From Octopus vulgaris (lineage: Eukaryota), in assembly GCA_951406725.2 (NCBI GenBank), contig OX597814.1, positions 160,518,001 through 160,582,000 of the forward strand: a stretch of 64,000 nt of DNA. Reading direction: 5' to 3'. Shown here piece by piece: positions 60,116 through 64,000 of the stretch. Numbering within the stretch: position 1 is the stretch's first letter; the number at the start of each line of letters is the position of its first letter. Made by a program: the position numbers and the translations under genes. The notes beneath the pieces were generated by a model. That model worked only from the letters and a program-made list of their open reading frames with translations, was not told where the DNA came from and did no database searches.

Positions 60116-60582
60116 AATATATATTCTCTTATCCATACAACCAGGTTGGTGGGTGGGCTGTCGCAACATCACGTCGGGACTTTCAGCGTTGCTGTTTCTT
60201 ACATTGTAGGTATTGCTTTCATTGTAGATAGTATGGCTTTAACTATTGTTCTTTTTTGTAGAGGTTATTGCTGTAGTTGTTGCTGATTTTGTTGTTATTG
60301 TTGTTGATAGGACCTAGGTTAGCCCTGATCGAACAGGTAGGTACATGGCCAATATCTTTCCAACCGTGACGATCCCTTCTTTCTAAGTATTACATTATAC
60401 TACATTATTCAAAGCATACTTCAGAGTATGGTTGCTATTTCTAGCAACTTGGAGACGTTGCTGTATTTTTATTCTGCCGTAAACCACACACTTCTGTTTG
60501 GGAAAATCACACTAAGGATAACGTGGTCCAGAGCAAACTTTACCTGAAAACCAAATACTACAAATTCATATCTGGAATACCG

Positions 60583-60826
60583 TTAACACTTTTCCTACCA
60601 TGCGTATCACCGGTGACTCAAGCAGTACAGAATTGAATATATTTGTTCCGTACAAATACGTCACCGGTGATACCTATGCTACGAATTGATGTCGTAATTT
60701 ATATATTGAACTAGAAAATATATGTGGCTAAAAAGTTTTTCAAAAACCGCACATTTTATTACAAGTTTAGATTGCTACTGCAAAACAAAATAAGATGCAA
60801 AATGGACTTGGTAAGAAGAATGTTAA
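60583..60826. mobile_element. piggyBac-like MITE with TTAA ends
   Basis: TTAAcacttttcctacca ... tggtaagaagaatgTTAA imperfect TIRs, plus an internal exact inverted pair gtatcaccggtgac (60604-17) / gtcaccggtgatac (60660-73). Confidence 0.55.
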
Positions 60827-61348
60827 TCATATGTCTAGTAACCAAGGCTTGCTTGGGCTAAACAGCAGTATACCTCTTTACCTCTTCACTACTTACAGAG
60901 AACAGACATGCTCAGGAACACCAAACTCACTCTAAATCGGTTCTACCAAATCTCGATATTCTGTTAGTCCTTTTTATAGCCAACCACGAGTCAAAGTTAC
61001 ATGACATATATTACGTTCAAACATGTAAACCTATTTCATTAATACTAGGGTTCTGGTAGAAACTTGTCTGTGCATGGTATCGTGGTTCTATGCTTCATTA
61101 TCTGTTCCTTGAATTTAAGCCTGACATTCACTTCTCTGAATTTAGTAATTTTCTGTAACTAGCTCGTAGAAGGATAGGGGAAAATGTTGTATTACCCAAT
61201 GCGTCTCTGAATCTAATCGACTTCTGAATTAGTTTGAAGGAGAAATCATGTAAGGCGGAGGTCTTCTTCCTTTGATAGGCTTTTATCGAAGTTTGGTTCT
61301 ATATTGCCTTTACAGCTTTCATTTTCTTTTTTTATTTGTACTAACATA

Positions 61349-61527
61349 GGTGTAGGAGTGGCTGTGTGGTAAGTAGCTTGCTTACCAACCACATGGTTCC
61401 GAATTCAGTCCCACTGCGTGGCACTTTGGGCAAGTGTCTTCTACTATAGCCTCGGGCCGACCAAAGCCTTGTGAGTGGATTTGGTAGACGGAAAGTGAAA
61501 GAAGCCCGTCGTATATATATGTATATG

Positions 61528-61564
<37 letters not shown>

Positions 61565-61776
61565 ATGTGTGTGTTTGTGTTTGGTCCCCCCAACATTGCT
61601 TGACAACCGATGGTGGTGTGTTTACGTCCCCGTAACTTAGCGGTTCGGCAAAAGAGCCCGATAGAATAAGTACTAGGCTTCCAAAGAATAAGTCCTGGGG
61701 CCGATTTGCTCGACTAAAGGCGGTGCTCCAGCATGGCCGCAGTCAAATGACTCAAACAAGTAAAAGAATAAAAGAG
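61349..61776 (+). mobile_element. Full-length tRNA-derived SINE family A with internal (TA)n(TG)n microsatellite
   Basis: Pol III A/B-box-like head (tggctgtgtggtaag ... ttcagtccc), central microsatellite and taaaagag-type tail. Other copies at 44331-44763(+), 44850-45262(-), 32565-32943(-), 32000-32450(-), 11040-11300(+, 5' half), 10835-10985(-, 3' half), 19605-19815(-, 3' half). Confidence 0.88.
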
Positions 61777-62224
61777 TTACGAAGCAACACCTTGATCAAG
61801 TATACCTATGATCAAAGAGGTTCCATCTGTAACCATCCAATATTCTTCGAAGATAATTTATCTAAAAGCTACCTCACCCACACCCTCTTCCATTTTTAAT
61901 AGAAAAGTTGTGATTTGAGAACGTTTGGACGGCTATTCCCAGCAGATTAATTGACCACGTAGAGACTTTCTCATTGGATCATGTCACTGATGTTGTTGTA
62001 ACTGTCACTGTTGTTAATACGCCTTACAGTTAATCCTTAACCTTTATTGTCATTGCTACAATTGTTTAGACTGTTTTGGTTCTGATCATTGAGACTCTTC
62101 AACCATGACCTTCCCTTCTTTCAAATTTATATAGGGAATTTTTTATATTTAATGATAATGAATTATTATTTTTATTCATATAATATGAATAAAAGTAATC
62201 ATTATTATTGAATAAAAAAAAAAA

Positions 62225-63690
62225 GCAGTGAGTTGGCAGAATCGTTAGCACGTCGGCAGCTCTTGTTCTTCCGATTCATTACGTTCTAAGTTCAAATGTC
62301 ACCGTGTTTGACATCGCCTTTCATCCTTCTGAAGTTGCAGTCAAGCGCTAGGGTCGAGTTAATCAACTAACCCCTCCTCCAAATTCCAGACCTTATGTTT
62401 ATATTAGAAATATTAAATTTTTAGAAATCATTATTTAATGTATCTTTTCCCTGTCTTAAGAAAGAAGATTTGACTGCTATTTCTAACCATTCGAGCGACC
62501 ACACAGAGGTTCCCTTGCTTTGTTGTTAGTGGTATCAATATAAAGATAGCTTCAAGCAGATGCCATTGACTGATATTGCAACTACTGTGGCTATTATGTT
62601 TTCTTTCTTATTATTACCAACATTACTAAGAGCGGAGAGCTGACTGAATCGTTAGTATGCCAAGCAAAATGCCTAGCGGCATTTCGTCCGTCTTTACGTT
62701 CTCAGCTCAAATTCCTCCGAGGTTGGTTCTGCCCAAACTATCAGTACGTTATATTTTATCTCCTTAAAACTGCTCTGAAAATCGTTTGTTTCTTAGATAG
62801 AAGGAGGGACGCTCCCGTAAAGTTATTTGAAATACTATTTTGGCACAAGGCCAGAAATTTCGGCGGAGGGGAAAGACTAAGTTATTTGAAATATTAACTT
62901 TCATTTAAACATTCAATACTTCGAAGTTAACAAAAAAAATAGCGAAATATTTACACATGCATTTTGCATCAGCAGTTGCTTTAAAAAATACTGAGCGCAG
63001 AAATGTATGCCTGTCATCAATGATTTATAATAATGGTTTCTAAATTATGCACAAGGCCATCAACTCTGAGAAGAGGAAGCTAAACGAATCCATCGACCCG
63101 AGTTTTTTACAGGTATTTTATTTTTTCGAGGCCGGAAGGATGAAAGGTAAAGTTGACCACAATGGGAATTGAACTCAGAAAGTAAAGAACCGGAAGAAAT
63201 ACCGCAAAGCATTTTGTCCAACGCTTTAACGACTCTGCCAACACGCCACCCTTGTTTCTAATTTAAGCACAAGGCTACCAAGTTTGATGGACAGGAGTCA
63301 GTTGATACCATTGATGTCAATATTTGACTGGCACTTTATTTTAACCACTCAGAAAGGGTGAAAGGCAAAGCTAACCACCGTTAGATTTCAACTCATAAAG
63401 GTAAACTCGGTAAAGGGCTGAACGAAATGCCACAAGACGGATTTTTTCAACGCCATAATGATTTTCAGTCCCCCACCCCGAGTAATAATAATGATTTCCT
63501 TTTTCAGTACACAGCAAGTAATTTTTTAGTGAAAGGTATTAGGCGATACCAACGGCTCCGAGATTTTGCTGATATTTTATTTTATTGACCCTGAAAGGAA
63601 GAAATTTTGAATGCAGAACGAGAAAAACGAGAAAAAACTTTCACAAAGCATTTTCCGATGATCTAATGAGTCTGCCGGTCTACCGCCCAA
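62225..63690. mobile_element. SINE family B cluster: plus copies ~62225 and ~62630, minus copies ~63035, ~63255 and ~63500
   Basis: Diverged matches to the family B unit. Confidence 0.7.
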
Positions 63691-63739
63691 TAATGATAAT
63701 GATGATGATGATGACGACAAATGTTAGCACAAAAGATCG

Positions 63740-64000
63740 AAGCGAGTGGAGTTGTGATAAAAAAAATGAGGAAAGACGCCTACAGTTCAAACAAAACTAG
63801 CTGTTTAAAGCACATTAGACTCTGTTCTATGAGAGTCTGGATGGAGGAGATAAGGAAGAAGCAGAGTTACCTATTTCCAAAGAAGCAACTTCGTTTTGGA
63901 GCAAGATCTGGTCAGAAATTATCAAACACAACAAGCCATCCTGGTTTCATGAGGTGGAAGGAAAATTCAATGACATGGAGAGACAAGAAGACATTACCAT
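63740..64000 (+). mobile_element. R4/Dong-like non-LTR retrotransposon fragment, continuing past the window end
   Basis: Interrupted frame ...RRLQFKQN*LF...LFYESLDGG...PISKEATSFWSKIWSEIIKHNKPSWFHEVE...QEDIT resembles the pre-RT region of R4-clade ORFs. Preceded by (TGA/TAA)n. Confidence 0.6.

Overview
AT-rich, extremely microsatellite-dense animal genomic DNA. The SINE families and repeat style suggest a cephalopod, probably Octopus (inference). The only host gene is the 3' part of a LIM-homeobox gene of the Arrowhead/Lhx6-8 class on the + strand. It has a LIM2 exon (4890-5101), a homeodomain exon (25246-25515) and a probable short terminal exon (53549-53613), joined in phase across introns of about 20 kb and 28 kb. 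The upstream exons lie outside the window. The rest is simple repeats, at least three tRNA-derived SINE families, a decayed Tigger/pogo transposon, LINE fragments (CR1/L2-like, R4/Dong-like, possibly RTE), a Helitron end and several MITEs. The most unusual signal is a set of about 11 minimal type-I hammerhead-ribozyme-like motifs, about 4 of them structurally near-complete. They sit in short Penelope-like/non-autonomous inserts, mostly in or next to microsatellites, and one three-copy family shares a non-canonical core (U at A6). There is also a near-perfect intronic palindrome with 148-bp arms. Almost all ORFs in the supplied track are microsatellite translation artefacts.
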